Source of the DNA: Enhygromyxa sp.
GTDB lineage: Bacteria > Myxococcota_A > Polyangia > Nannocystales > Nannocystaceae
DNA length: 28,495 nucleotides
NCBI GenBank assembly: GCA_035538075.1
Contig: DATLLB010000360.1
Location: 1 to 28,495 of the forward strand
Reading direction: 5' to 3'
Shown here: in pieces, positions 8,064-16,900 of the stretch
How the letters are laid out: each line of letters starts with the position of its first letter
How positions within the stretch are numbered: the stretch's first letter is position 1
Notes under the pieces: generated by a model
Seen by the model: only the letters and a program-made list of their open reading frames with translations
Databases searched by the model: none
What the model was told of the DNA's origin: nothing
Position numbers and translations under genes: made by a program

Positions 8064-8972
8064 GTGACCGAGACCCAGCGCCAGCTCGCCGCGATCATCG
8101 AGGACATCCTCGAGTCCTACGCGGAGCAAGGCAACATCAACCATCTGGATGGGAGCAACCTGCCGTCGCGCGCGGTCGTCGACCGCTTGCTCGATGATCT
8201 GCTCTCGGTCGTGTTCCCCGGCTTCCTCGGCCACGACGAGGTCGACGAGCTCAGCTCGCGCTACTTCGTGGGCGAGCGGGTCTCGACCATCCTGCGCGGG
8301 CTTCAGCGAGTGATCGCGCGAGCGCTGGGCACCGAGTGCGCGGCCGGCAAGCGACCCCGACCGAGCGGTGAGGTCGAGGCCGAGGCCCGCGCCCATGCGA
8401 TCGATCTGCTCGAGCAGATCCCGGAGATTCGTCGGCTGCTCGCCACCGACGTCCGCGCCGCGCTCGACGGCGATCCGGCGGCCTGCAGCGCCCCCGAGGT
8501 CATCACCTCGTATCCAGGCATCACGGCGATCGCCGTGCATCGAATTGCGCATCATCTCTACAAGCGCTCGGTCCCGCTGATCCCCCGCATGATGGCCGAG
8601 CTGGTCCACGGACGAACCGGCATCGACATCCACCCGGGCGCGACGCTCGGGGCCTCGTTCTTCATCGACCACGGCACTGGGGTGGTGATCGGCGAGACCA
8701 CGGTGATCGGCGAGCATGTGAAGCTCTATCAGGGCGTGACCCTCGGCGCGCTGTCGGTCGACGCGGGTGATCGCAGCCGCGACCGCAAGCGCCACCCGAC
8801 GCTGGAGGATCACGTGACGGTCTACGCCGGGGCCACGATCCTCGGCGGCGACACGGTGATCGGCGAAGGCTCGGTGATCGGCGGCAACGTGTGGTTGACC
8901 CACGGGGTCCCGCCGCACACCACGGTGATGCTCGACAAGCCCTCGCTGCGGATCTTCACGAAGAACGGCTGA
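8064..8972 (+). CDS. cysE: serine O-acetyltransferase (long form)
   Basis: 302-aa ORF with a GTG start. It carries the hexapeptide-repeat core IDIHPGATLGASFFIDHGTGVVIGETTVIGEHVKLYQGVTLG plus the N-terminal helical SATase domain. Confidence 0.85.
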   Translation: MTETQRQLAAIIEDILESYAEQGNINHLDGSNLPSRAVVDRLLDDLLSVVFPGFLGHDEVDELSSRYFVGERVSTILRGLQRVIARALGTECAAGKRPRPSGEVEAEARAHAIDLLEQIPEIRRLLATDVRAALDGDPAACSAPEVITSYPGITAIAVHRIAHHLYKRSVPLIPRMMAELVHGRTGIDIHPGATLGASFFIDHGTGVVIGETTVIGEHVKLYQGVTLGALSVDAGDRSRDRKRHPTLEDHVTVYAGATILGGDTVIGEGSVIGGNVWLTHGVPPHTTVMLDKPSLRIFTKNG

Positions 8973-10169
8973 TCAACGGTTGTCGGCGATCTGCTCGACC
9001 AGCTCGCGGGCGGCGGCATCGAGCGCGGCCTCACCGGTCGCGTTCTTCAGGAGCACGTCCGGCTCGACCCCGCGGCCGTCGATCAGCCGATCGCTCGGCG
9101 AGAAGTAGCGCGCGACCGTCAGCGTGAGCACCGAGCCGTCGGGGATGCCGATCACCTCTTGCACGGTCCCCTTGCCGAAGCTGCGCTCGCCGATCACCTT
9201 GGCCCGATCGTTGTCCTGCAGCGCGACGGCGAGCAGCTCGGCGGCGGACGCCGAGCGGCGATCCTGCAGGACGATCAGCGGCGTCTCGACGTCGGTCCCG
9301 GCCGCGGTCGCGAGCTCTTCACGAAGGATCACGCCGCCGCGTCCACGCGTCCGCGTCAGCACGCCCTCTTCCACGAACAGATCGGCCACCAACACGGCCT
9401 CGGCCACCTCGCCGCCCGGGTTGCCGCGCAGATCCACGATCAGCCCGGCGAGCCCACGCTCGCCCGCGCTGCGGCGCAGCTCGGCCAGCTCGCGCTTGAC
9501 CAGCTCGCCAGTGCCGGTCCGAAACGCATGGATCTCGAGCTGGCCGATCGCATGGCCCGAGACCTCGAGCAGCTTGGTGGACACCAGCGCGTCGACGTCG
9601 GGCTTGGCCAGCTCGACCTCGACCCGCTCGGGTCCCTTGCCGCGCTCGAGCACCAGCTCGATCCGCTCTCCCGCAGCGCCGCCGAGCAAGAGCTGGGCCT
9701 CGACGTTGCTGAGCATGTGCGCGCAGGGCTGGCCGCGAATTTCCAGGATCCGATCGCCCGCACCGAGCCCGAGCTTGTCGGCCGGACTGCCCGGGTGCAC
9801 GCCGACGATCTCCAGCTCGGCCCGCTGCGCGTCGCGGTGCAGGGTCGTCATCAAGCCAGCCTCGGCTCCCTGCTGTTGCAGCTTGCGAGCCTTGGCGCGC
9901 TCGTCGGCCGTCAAATAGTGACTATAGGGATCGAGCCCGCTGACCATGTGCTTGAGGCCGCGGGCCATCACCTGCGGGGCGTCGACAGGCTCGACATAGC
10001 GATCGAGCACGACGTCCAGGGTCTGATGGAATTCCTCGCGCTCGAGCGGGCCTTTCTTGTTCTTGCCCGCGTCGGCCTCGGGGATCGCTCGCTGGATCGT
10101 CAGGGTGCCAGCGATGCCCAGCACGAGTCCGAGCGCGAGAGAGGACCGAGACCACCGCACCTTTTGCAT
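8973..10169 (-). CDS. S41 family C-terminal processing peptidase (signal anchor + PDZ + S41)
   Basis: The 640-aa track ORF is trimmed to ATG 10169 (MQKVRWSRSSLALGLVLGIAG...), giving 398 aa. It has a PDZ-like segment (GVHPGSPADKLGLGAGDRILEI) and S41 motifs (LIVDLRGNPGG, SASAAELLA, GERSFGKG). Confidence 0.85.
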   Translation of the reverse strand: MQKVRWSRSSLALGLVLGIAGTLTIQRAIPEADAGKNKKGPLEREEFHQTLDVVLDRYVEPVDAPQVMARGLKHMVSGLDPYSHYLTADERAKARKLQQQGAEAGLMTTLHRDAQRAELEIVGVHPGSPADKLGLGAGDRILEIRGQPCAHMLSNVEAQLLLGGAAGERIELVLERGKGPERVEVELAKPDVDALVSTKLLEVSGHAIGQLEIHAFRTGTGELVKRELAELRRSAGERGLAGLIVDLRGNPGGEVAEAVLVADLFVEEGVLTRTRGRGGVILREELATAAGTDVETPLIVLQDRRSASAAELLAVALQDNDRAKVIGERSFGKGTVQEVIGIPDGSVLTLTVARYFSPSDRLIDGRGVEPDVLLKNATGEAALDAAARELVEQIADNR

Positions 10170-10287
10170 GCTAGCGCGGCTGGTCGACCGAGGCCGTGGC
10201 TGGTTCCCACGCGAGGACCTTTGCTTGCTTGCTGCGCTCCGGTTCAGTGGTCCAAAGGCCCAACAAAATAGTGGCGGTGCACATGCT

Positions 10288-10299
10288 CCTACATGTAGG
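10288..10299. promoter_or_regulatory. perfect 12-bp palindrome CCTACATGTAGG, 24 nt upstream of the 10323 start codon
   Basis: Read directly from the sequence. It lies in a locally AT-richer stretch just 5' of the GGAGGA RBS (10313-10318), upstream of an operon that encodes a Crp/Fnr regulator. Confidence 0.35.
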
Positions 10300-10322
10300 A
10301 TAAGAACGTACCGGAGGAACTG

Positions 10323-10739
10323 ATGAACTCGAGCGCCCGCACCCCGATTCGTGTCACCCCGCTTCCTCGTCCCGGCCGCATGATCGAGCGCCGCAAACAG
10401 CGCTCGGGGCGGGCCGGAGACGCTCTCCAAATGGCCCTGTCGGCGGCGGCCGAGGGCGGAGGGCTGGACGTCGTGCTGATCGCCGACGACTCCGGCATGC
10501 TGGTCGCCAGCAGTCACACGCCGCTCGACCTCGAGATGCTCGCGGCGATCACACCGATCGTTTCCCGTGGCCGCGCCAAGGCCAACGTCAAGCGCAACGG
10601 CGAACAACGCGAGCTCAGCGTCAAGTCGATCCGGGTGTTCGACGAGACGCTCCACATCGCAGCGCTCGGCGGGGACGGCTCGAATCGGGCGCTCGGGCTC
10701 ATGCGCAGTGTGACCGCCGCCCGCCGAATTCTTGGATAG
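10323..10739 (+). CDS. Roadblock/LC7 (MglB-like) domain protein
   Basis: 138-aa ORF. GLDVVLIADDSGMLVASS...LEMLAAI... and the later ...LHIAALGGDGSNRALGLMR follow the Roadblock/LC7 pattern. The start may instead be ATG 10380. Confidence 0.5.
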   Translation: MNSSARTPIRVTPLPRPGRMIERRKQRSGRAGDALQMALSAAAEGGGLDVVLIADDSGMLVASSHTPLDLEMLAAITPIVSRGRAKANVKRNGEQRELSVKSIRVFDETLHIAALGGDGSNRALGLMRSVTAARRILG

Positions 10740-10784
10740 TCCGACCTTTGGCGGAAGCTCCGCGAACCGTTTACACTCGCGCGC

Positions 10785-11492
10785 ATGGCCGTCGAGCCCG
10801 CGGAAGCCGAAGAGATCCGCAACCATCTGCTGCGGTACACCGGTTGGGACAAAGTCCCCGACGAGGTCGTCAAGACCTTCAGCGAGAGCGCCCACCGTGT
10901 CGAGCTCAAGCGCAAGCGGCCGCTGTTTCGGCGCGGCGATCCGGGACCGGGGCTGTTCCTGGTGCGCTCGGGCGAGTTCAAGCTGAGCCTGATCTCGTCC
11001 GAGGGGCGCGAGCAGATTCTCTACCTGGCCGGGGCCGGGAAGCTGATTGGCGAGGGGTTCTTGCCGCGCGAGGTGCAGTGCGCGGCCTCGGCCTTCGCGA
11101 TGAGCGACGGCGAGGTCTGGCGCTTCGACACCGACCTGGTGATCAAGCTCCTGTCACAGTCGGAGGCGATGGCGTTCGCGCTGATGCGGCACCAGGCCTT
11201 CCGCGCCAACCGGCTCATCGATCTGATCTTGGATCTCTCGCTGCGCTCGGTGCAGCGGAGGCTCGCGAGCTTCCTGTACTCGCTGGCGATCCGCAGCGGC
11301 GCCGAGCAGGGCAAGCCGCACGTGATCCCGCGGGCGCTCGACATGAACACCGTGGCCGCGCGGCTCGGGACCGTGCGCGAGGAGATCTCGCGCGCGCTCA
11401 ACCGAATGCAGCGTGAAGGGATCCTGAAGCTGTCGAGGCAGGAGATCGTGGTGCTCGATCTCAGCGCGCTCGAGGCCGTCACGTACGAGTGA
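10785..11492 (+). CDS. Crp/Fnr family transcriptional regulator
   Basis: 235-aa ORF with a cNMP-binding-like beta-roll (LFRRGDPGPGLFLVRSGEFKL...GREQILYLAGAGKLIGE) and a C-terminal HTH (NTVAARLGTVREEISRALNRMQREGIL). Confidence 0.85.
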   Translation: MAVEPAEAEEIRNHLLRYTGWDKVPDEVVKTFSESAHRVELKRKRPLFRRGDPGPGLFLVRSGEFKLSLISSEGREQILYLAGAGKLIGEGFLPREVQCAASAFAMSDGEVWRFDTDLVIKLLSQSEAMAFALMRHQAFRANRLIDLILDLSLRSVQRRLASFLYSLAIRSGAEQGKPHVIPRALDMNTVAARLGTVREEISRALNRMQREGILKLSRQEIVVLDLSALEAVTYE

Positions 11493-11496
11493 GCCG

Positions 11497-12981
11497 ATGA
11501 TCGGGAGTCGGCGCGCTCGGGCACTGACGATCGCGGTCGCGATCACGTGGGTTGGCACCTTGATGGGGGGCGCCTGCAAGCGCGATGAGCCCGAACCCGA
11601 TCCCAACTCGCTGGCGGCCCTCGAGGCCCAGTGGCCGCCGCACACGCCTTCGTGTCAGGCCTGGACCGCGGCCGACCTGCAAGATCTCGAGCCGCTGCCC
11701 GCAGGTCCGCATGTGGCCGCGTTCGAGCAGGTCTGGCGCACGATCGCGGAGAAGCACTACGACCCGACGCTCGCGTGCCTCGACTGGATCGCGCTGCGCG
11801 AGCACTATGCGGCCAAGGTCGTCGAGGCCGGCAGCGACGCGGCGGCTGCCTACGCGGCGATCAACGAGATGCTCGGGCTGCTCGAGCAGAGCCACCTGCA
11901 TGCGACCGCGCCGAGCGGCTCGACCGTGCGCGCGCGCGAGAGCGGGCCGGCGACGGTGCCGATCGTCGTTCGTTGGTTGCCGATCGAGCGCGGCACCGAT
12001 CAGCGCGCGGTGGTGGTGGTCGACGAGGCGGTCGACGGGCACGCGAGCGGGCTCCCGCGTGGGGCCATCCTGACCAAGGTCGCGAGCGAGTCGGTCGAGG
12101 AGATCGCAAACGAGGCGGCCGCTGGCGTGCGCGAGCGTGGCGGTCGAGCGAACGAGGCCGCGTTCATGGTCGCGCGCGCGATCGGGGCGCTGCTCAGCTG
12201 TCCCGAGGGCGGCAAGAAGACGCTCGAATTTCTCGACCCGGCGCAGAGCGACGCGAAGACCGAGCTCGAGGTCGCGTGCTTCGTGCCCGAGGGCGAGCGC
12301 ATGAGCCTCGGCAACCTGCGAGATCTGCCGACCGTGGTCAGCTCGCGGATGATCGGCGACCCCGAGCCGCCGGCCGCCGACGTCCCGGCGATCGGCTACC
12401 TCGCGTTCAACTTCTGGATGCTGCCGATGGCCCCGCAGATCGAGGCCGGCCTGACCGCCCTGCGCGAGCGCGGCATGCAGGGGCTGGTCATCGATCTGCG
12501 CGGCAACCCAGGCGGCGTGGGCTCGATGTCGATCCCGATCGCGCGCATGCTGGTCAGCGAGGGCGCGAGCCTCGGGCGCCTGCAGATGCGTGACTTCAAC
12601 CAGGAGTTCAAGCTCTCGCCCAACCCCGACGCGTTCGGCGGGCCGGTTGCGATCCTGGTCGACGAGGGCACCGCGAGCACCTCGGAGATCTTCGCGCTGG
12701 GGCTGCGCGACGTCGGTCGCGTGACGATCGTCGGCGCGGGCCCGAGCGCCGGGATGGCGCTGCCGTCGATGATCGAGGAGCTGCCCGACGGTGGAATGAT
12801 CCAGTACGTGGTCGGCGACTATCACAGCGCCAAGGGCACGGCCGCCGAGGGCGAGGGTGTCGTGCCCGAGCTCGTGGTCGTGGAGACGCGGGCTGACTAC
12901 GTCGCGCGCCGCGATCCCGTGCTCGACGCGGCCGTCGACCACCTCCGCGGCAAGCTGTCGGCTGCGCCCGCGCCAGACTGA
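11497..12981 (+). CDS. S41 family peptidase, secreted/possible lipoprotein
   Basis: 494-aa ORF starting 4 nt after the Crp stop. It has a signal peptide ending GGAC and S41 motifs (LVIDLRGNPGG, GTASTSEIFA). Confidence 0.8.
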   Translation: MIGSRRARALTIAVAITWVGTLMGGACKRDEPEPDPNSLAALEAQWPPHTPSCQAWTAADLQDLEPLPAGPHVAAFEQVWRTIAEKHYDPTLACLDWIALREHYAAKVVEAGSDAAAAYAAINEMLGLLEQSHLHATAPSGSTVRARESGPATVPIVVRWLPIERGTDQRAVVVVDEAVDGHASGLPRGAILTKVASESVEEIANEAAAGVRERGGRANEAAFMVARAIGALLSCPEGGKKTLEFLDPAQSDAKTELEVACFVPEGERMSLGNLRDLPTVVSSRMIGDPEPPAADVPAIGYLAFNFWMLPMAPQIEAGLTALRERGMQGLVIDLRGNPGGVGSMSIPIARMLVSEGASLGRLQMRDFNQEFKLSPNPDAFGGPVAILVDEGTASTSEIFALGLRDVGRVTIVGAGPSAGMALPSMIEELPDGGMIQYVVGDYHSAKGTAAEGEGVVPELVVVETRADYVARRDPVLDAAVDHLRGKLSAAPAPD

Positions 12982-12994
12982 TCTCGAGCGAAAA

Positions 12995-13891
12995 ATGCGA
13001 CGCTTCAAGCTGTTCTTCTTCGCCGTTGCGCTGACCGCCTGCACGCAGGAGGCCGGCAGCCCCAAGGCCGATGCGCCGGTCACCACTGCGGCCGAGAAGT
13101 CGTCGCCGTCGTCCGAGCAGGCGGGCGCCGAGAACGAGAAAGAGCAGCTGCCCGACGGCGGCGAGCTGCTGGCCGCCCACGTCGAGGCCTCGGGTGGGGC
13201 CGCGGCGATCCCCAAGTTCGAGAGCCTGCACGTCGAGGGCGAGATCGCGGTCGAGAGCCACAACCTCAAGGGGACCACCAAGCTGTGGTGGCAAAAGGAC
13301 GGCAAGTTCTACCTCGAGCAGTACATCGAGGGCATCGGCATGAGCCGGGTCGGTCACGACGGCGAGACCATCTGGCTCGAGGATCCGATCACCGGCCTGC
13401 GCAAGCTCGAGGGCTCGGAGGCGGTCGGCTACCTGCAGAGCTCGGCGATGTTCCTCGGCCACGACTGGCAAGGCCAGTTCGCGGCCGCCAACACGCTCGG
13501 CAAGCAGAAGCTCGAGGACGGCAAGGAAGTGTGGGAGGTCGAGCTGGTCTCGAAGGGCGGGCCCAACCTGACGATCGGCCTCGACGCGAACAGCAAGCTG
13601 ATCCGCTACGTGAAGACCATGCAGCCGTCGCTGCTCGGCGAGACCCCGTTCGAGGTCCGCAGCGATCGCTACGAGGCGATCGAGGGCTACAAATTTCCGA
13701 TGCAGAAGACGATCGCGATCAGCGGGCTGATCGAGCTCGACGAGACCGTGACCGAGACCCAGGTCAACGTGCCGATCGATCCGGCGATGTTCGCGTTCCC
13801 GAGCAAGCGCACGGTCGTGCCGGTAGATCCGAAAAAGCAAGCTCCGGTCGAGGCGCCTGCGAAGGACGCCCCGCCGGAGTCGGGCAAGTGA
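12995..13891 (+). CDS. lipoprotein, possible LolA-like/outer-membrane-lipoprotein-sorting fold
   Basis: ORF 12857..13891 trimmed to ATG 12995 (MRRFKLFFFAVALTAC, canonical lipobox). The body is beta-rich. The fold call is only an impression. Confidence 0.55.
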   Translation: MRRFKLFFFAVALTACTQEAGSPKADAPVTTAAEKSSPSSEQAGAENEKEQLPDGGELLAAHVEASGGAAAIPKFESLHVEGEIAVESHNLKGTTKLWWQKDGKFYLEQYIEGIGMSRVGHDGETIWLEDPITGLRKLEGSEAVGYLQSSAMFLGHDWQGQFAAANTLGKQKLEDGKEVWEVELVSKGGPNLTIGLDANSKLIRYVKTMQPSLLGETPFEVRSDRYEAIEGYKFPMQKTIAISGLIELDETVTETQVNVPIDPAMFAFPSKRTVVPVDPKKQAPVEAPAKDAPPESGK

Positions 13892-13903
13892 GCCCTACTT
13901 GCC
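13883..13903. terminator. hairpin GGCAAGT-N7-ACTTGCC spanning the two convergent stop codons
   Basis: Both convergent genes end in ...GGC AAG T(G/A)(A/G), which creates a 7-bp inverted repeat. Only 3 nt separate the two stops. Confidence 0.3.
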
Positions 13904-16900
13904 GAGCTTGAGGCTCCGGCGAAGCTCCAGATAAGGCCCCGAGACGCTGAAGGCGATCAGGCCCTTGATCTGCTCGCGCGGGTCGACCTGCTGGCCGGGC
14001 CCGCCCTGCAGGATCACGCGCGCGGCCACGTCGATGTTGTCGCACAGCAAGAAGCCGAGCCGCGCGGACGAGTGATCGCAGCCGCGTAGCCATGCCTTGG
14101 TATCGGCACCACCGCGCTCGATCACCTTGGCGACCGACTTTCGCAGATCGTCGACTCGCGCGGGCGGGAGCATCTTCTTGATCGCCTCGGCCCAGCCGCG
14201 CGCAGGCTCGATCAGCTCCTTGGGGATCGCTACCTGCGGGTGCGTGAGCCCGACCGCGCCGTAGATCGCGTCGCGCAGACCGGAGGTCGAGGGCAGCAAC
14301 GCGGAGCCGAGCAGGTGCGGGTGGGCGCGAGCGATCGCTCGGCCGACACGGAAGGCGATCGCGGCGTCGGGTTGCTTGCCAAGCGCTTCGTCGCCGGCGA
14401 TCAGCGTCGGGTACACGCCCTTGGCGTCGCCGAGCGCGGTCACACGAAAACCTCCGGGCTCGCCCTTGCGCAGGTAGAGATCCGGCGGCGGCATGTCGAG
14501 CACTTGCGACATGTAGGCGACCCAGCGCGCGATGCCGGAGGCCTGCAGCGTCACCGTCTCGCGGGTGTTCCGATCGAAGCCGGCCGCCGTCAGCGTCAAG
14601 CCCTCGCGCGCGGCCATGACCGGCCACAGCAGCCCGTAGACATCGGCGAGCCGGGTGCTCGGGTGGTTCGGCAAGATGGTCTCGCGCCAGAGCTTGCGCG
14701 GGATGGTGCCGCGCGGCGGGGCGAAGTTCTCGCCGAGCTCCTCGGCCAGCTCGATCTCGGCTTCGTCGGCCTGCTTGAGGAACCGCAGCGTGCGAGACAC
14801 GGCGATCGCCGCGTCGCGCTGCTTGGCCGCGAGGTAGAGTTCGACCAGCCGGTGATAGCTGTCGTAGTCGAGCGGGTTCTCGGCGATCAGCATCTGGACC
14901 TGCTCGATGCCCTTGTCGAGCGCGTCGTCGCCGAGCTGGACCGAGAGCGCGACGACCTTGTTGCGGCGCTCGAGCTGGCGCGCGTCGTCGCTGGTCGCGA
15001 GCGAGCGGGCCAGCGCGATCGCCTGCTCGTAGGCGATCATCGCGGTGCGCTTGTCATCGAGGTGCCGCTCGTAGATCCCGGCGATCTGATCGAGCAAGCC
15101 GACGCGCTGCTCGACCTCGCCGTCCTCCGGCAACGCCTTGAGCCGCGCACGCAGGGCCTTGGACAGCTCGCGCCAGTCCTTGGCCGCCTCCAGCTGCTCG
15201 CGCACGGCCGCGAACGCCTTGTCGTGCAGCGGATCGGCCTCGAGCACGCCGAGCAAGCGGGCGCGCACGATCACGCCGGTCATGTCGAGGTTGTGCGCGC
15301 GCATCAGCGAGGCCGCGGCGTAGCGGTACTTGGCCTGGATCGGCCCCTGCTCTTGCAGCGTCGCGAGCTGATCGAGCACCGCGACGGCCTCGGCCCACTG
15401 CTCGGCCTTGCTGTAGAGCTCGAGCGCGCGGTGCAGCAGCGAGATGTCGCCGGGACGACGCTCGATCACCGCACGCATCTGCGCGACGGCGTCGGCCGGA
15501 CGGTTGAGCTCGTCGGCCAGCGTCGAGGCCAGCTCGAGCCGCATGTCGAGCAGCTCCTGCTCGCGCGCCGCTCGGCGATCGTCGCTCTCGTCGAACCCAC
15601 GCAGCTCGGCCTCGAGCACCGCGAGCAGGCGCTCGCGCGCCTCGACCTTGCGCAGCGGACCGTCGGCGATCGTGACCAGGAAGCGGGCCGCGTCGACGTA
15701 GCTGGGATCGATGTCGAGCGCACGGTCGATCATCTGCAGCGCCTTGCCGCTCTCACCCATGCCGTGGCGGGCCTGACCCATGCGCAGGTAGATCTCGGCC
15801 TGGCTGCGCGGATCGGCTTCCTGCCCCTGAATCGCCAGCCCCTGATAGGCCTTGAGCGCGGCCTCCCAGCTCTGCGACTCGAGCTCGAGATCAGCGAGCG
15901 CTCGCGCGACGTCGCGGTTGCGTGGATCGAATTGCTTGGCCTCGCGCAGCAGCTCGCGCGCGCGCTCCTTGTCGTGCACGGCCAGCGCACAGCGACCGGC
16001 CAGCGCGTACACGTGAGCGTTGAGCTCGCGCGCGTCGGGGTTGCTGACCCGGACCTGCGTGACCCAGCGCTCCGCGTGCGGCCACGCGGCCTCGAGCTCG
16101 CCGCGATCGACGAGCAGCTCGACCAACTTGCCGGTCGCGGCCTCGTGGTGCGGATCGATCTCGACGACCTCGCGGATCAGTGGAAGCCCGCGCTCGGGCT
16201 TGTGCAGGGTCTCGATCCAGGTCTTGGCCGCGGCGAACAGCTCGCGGACCTTGGCGCGCGGATCGTTGCTGGTCTGGGCCGCGCGGATCTGGGCCTCCAG
16301 GGCCTCGAGCGGACGCTCGCGCTGCTCGAGCAGCTCACGCAGCAACGCCCACGCCGCGCTCGCAGCCGGCGAGGCGTCGTCGAGCGCGAGCGCCTCGCGG
16401 ACGCGGGCCTCGGCCTCCTCGAGCTCGCCCGCTCGCTCGCGCATGCGCGCGACGGCGATCAACATCGAGGCCCGATCCTCGGGGCTCTGCGCGTCGGCGA
16501 TCCGCTCGCGCAGCAGCGCCTCGGCCCGATCCTGCTCGCCCGCGTCGCGCAGCCGCTCGATCAACAGATCGCGCCAGCGACCTTGTCCGGGCTCGAGCGC
16601 GACCAGGTTCTCGAGCGCGAGCCGCTCGCGGACGCTGTCCTTCAGCGAGCCGCTGGCGAGCTCGTAGAGCTGCGTCCACAGCGAGAAGCGCTCGCTCTGC
16701 GGCAGCGCGTCGAGCTTGGCGCGGCGCTCGAGCAACGCCGCGAGCTGATCGTGCGCGTCGCTGCGCTTGTAGAAGCGGATCAACCCCGCGACGGCGTCGA
16801 GCGCCAGCGGGTGATCGACGGGCATGCTCGCGACGATGCGCTCGCGGCAGTCGGCCGCTCGCTCGCCGCCGTCGGCCTCGCGATCGAGCAGCGCCGCGGC

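Noticed and set aside
10170-10895. N-terminal 242-aa extension of the S41 protease ORF (640-aa track entry)
   Set aside because: The extension would run through the intergenic region and overlap the Roadblock-like and Crp genes on the other strand. A signal-anchor sequence follows ATG 10169 directly.
11479-13305. 608-aa minus-strand ORF
   Set aside because: It is antisense to the S41 peptidase and lipoprotein genes and has no motifs.
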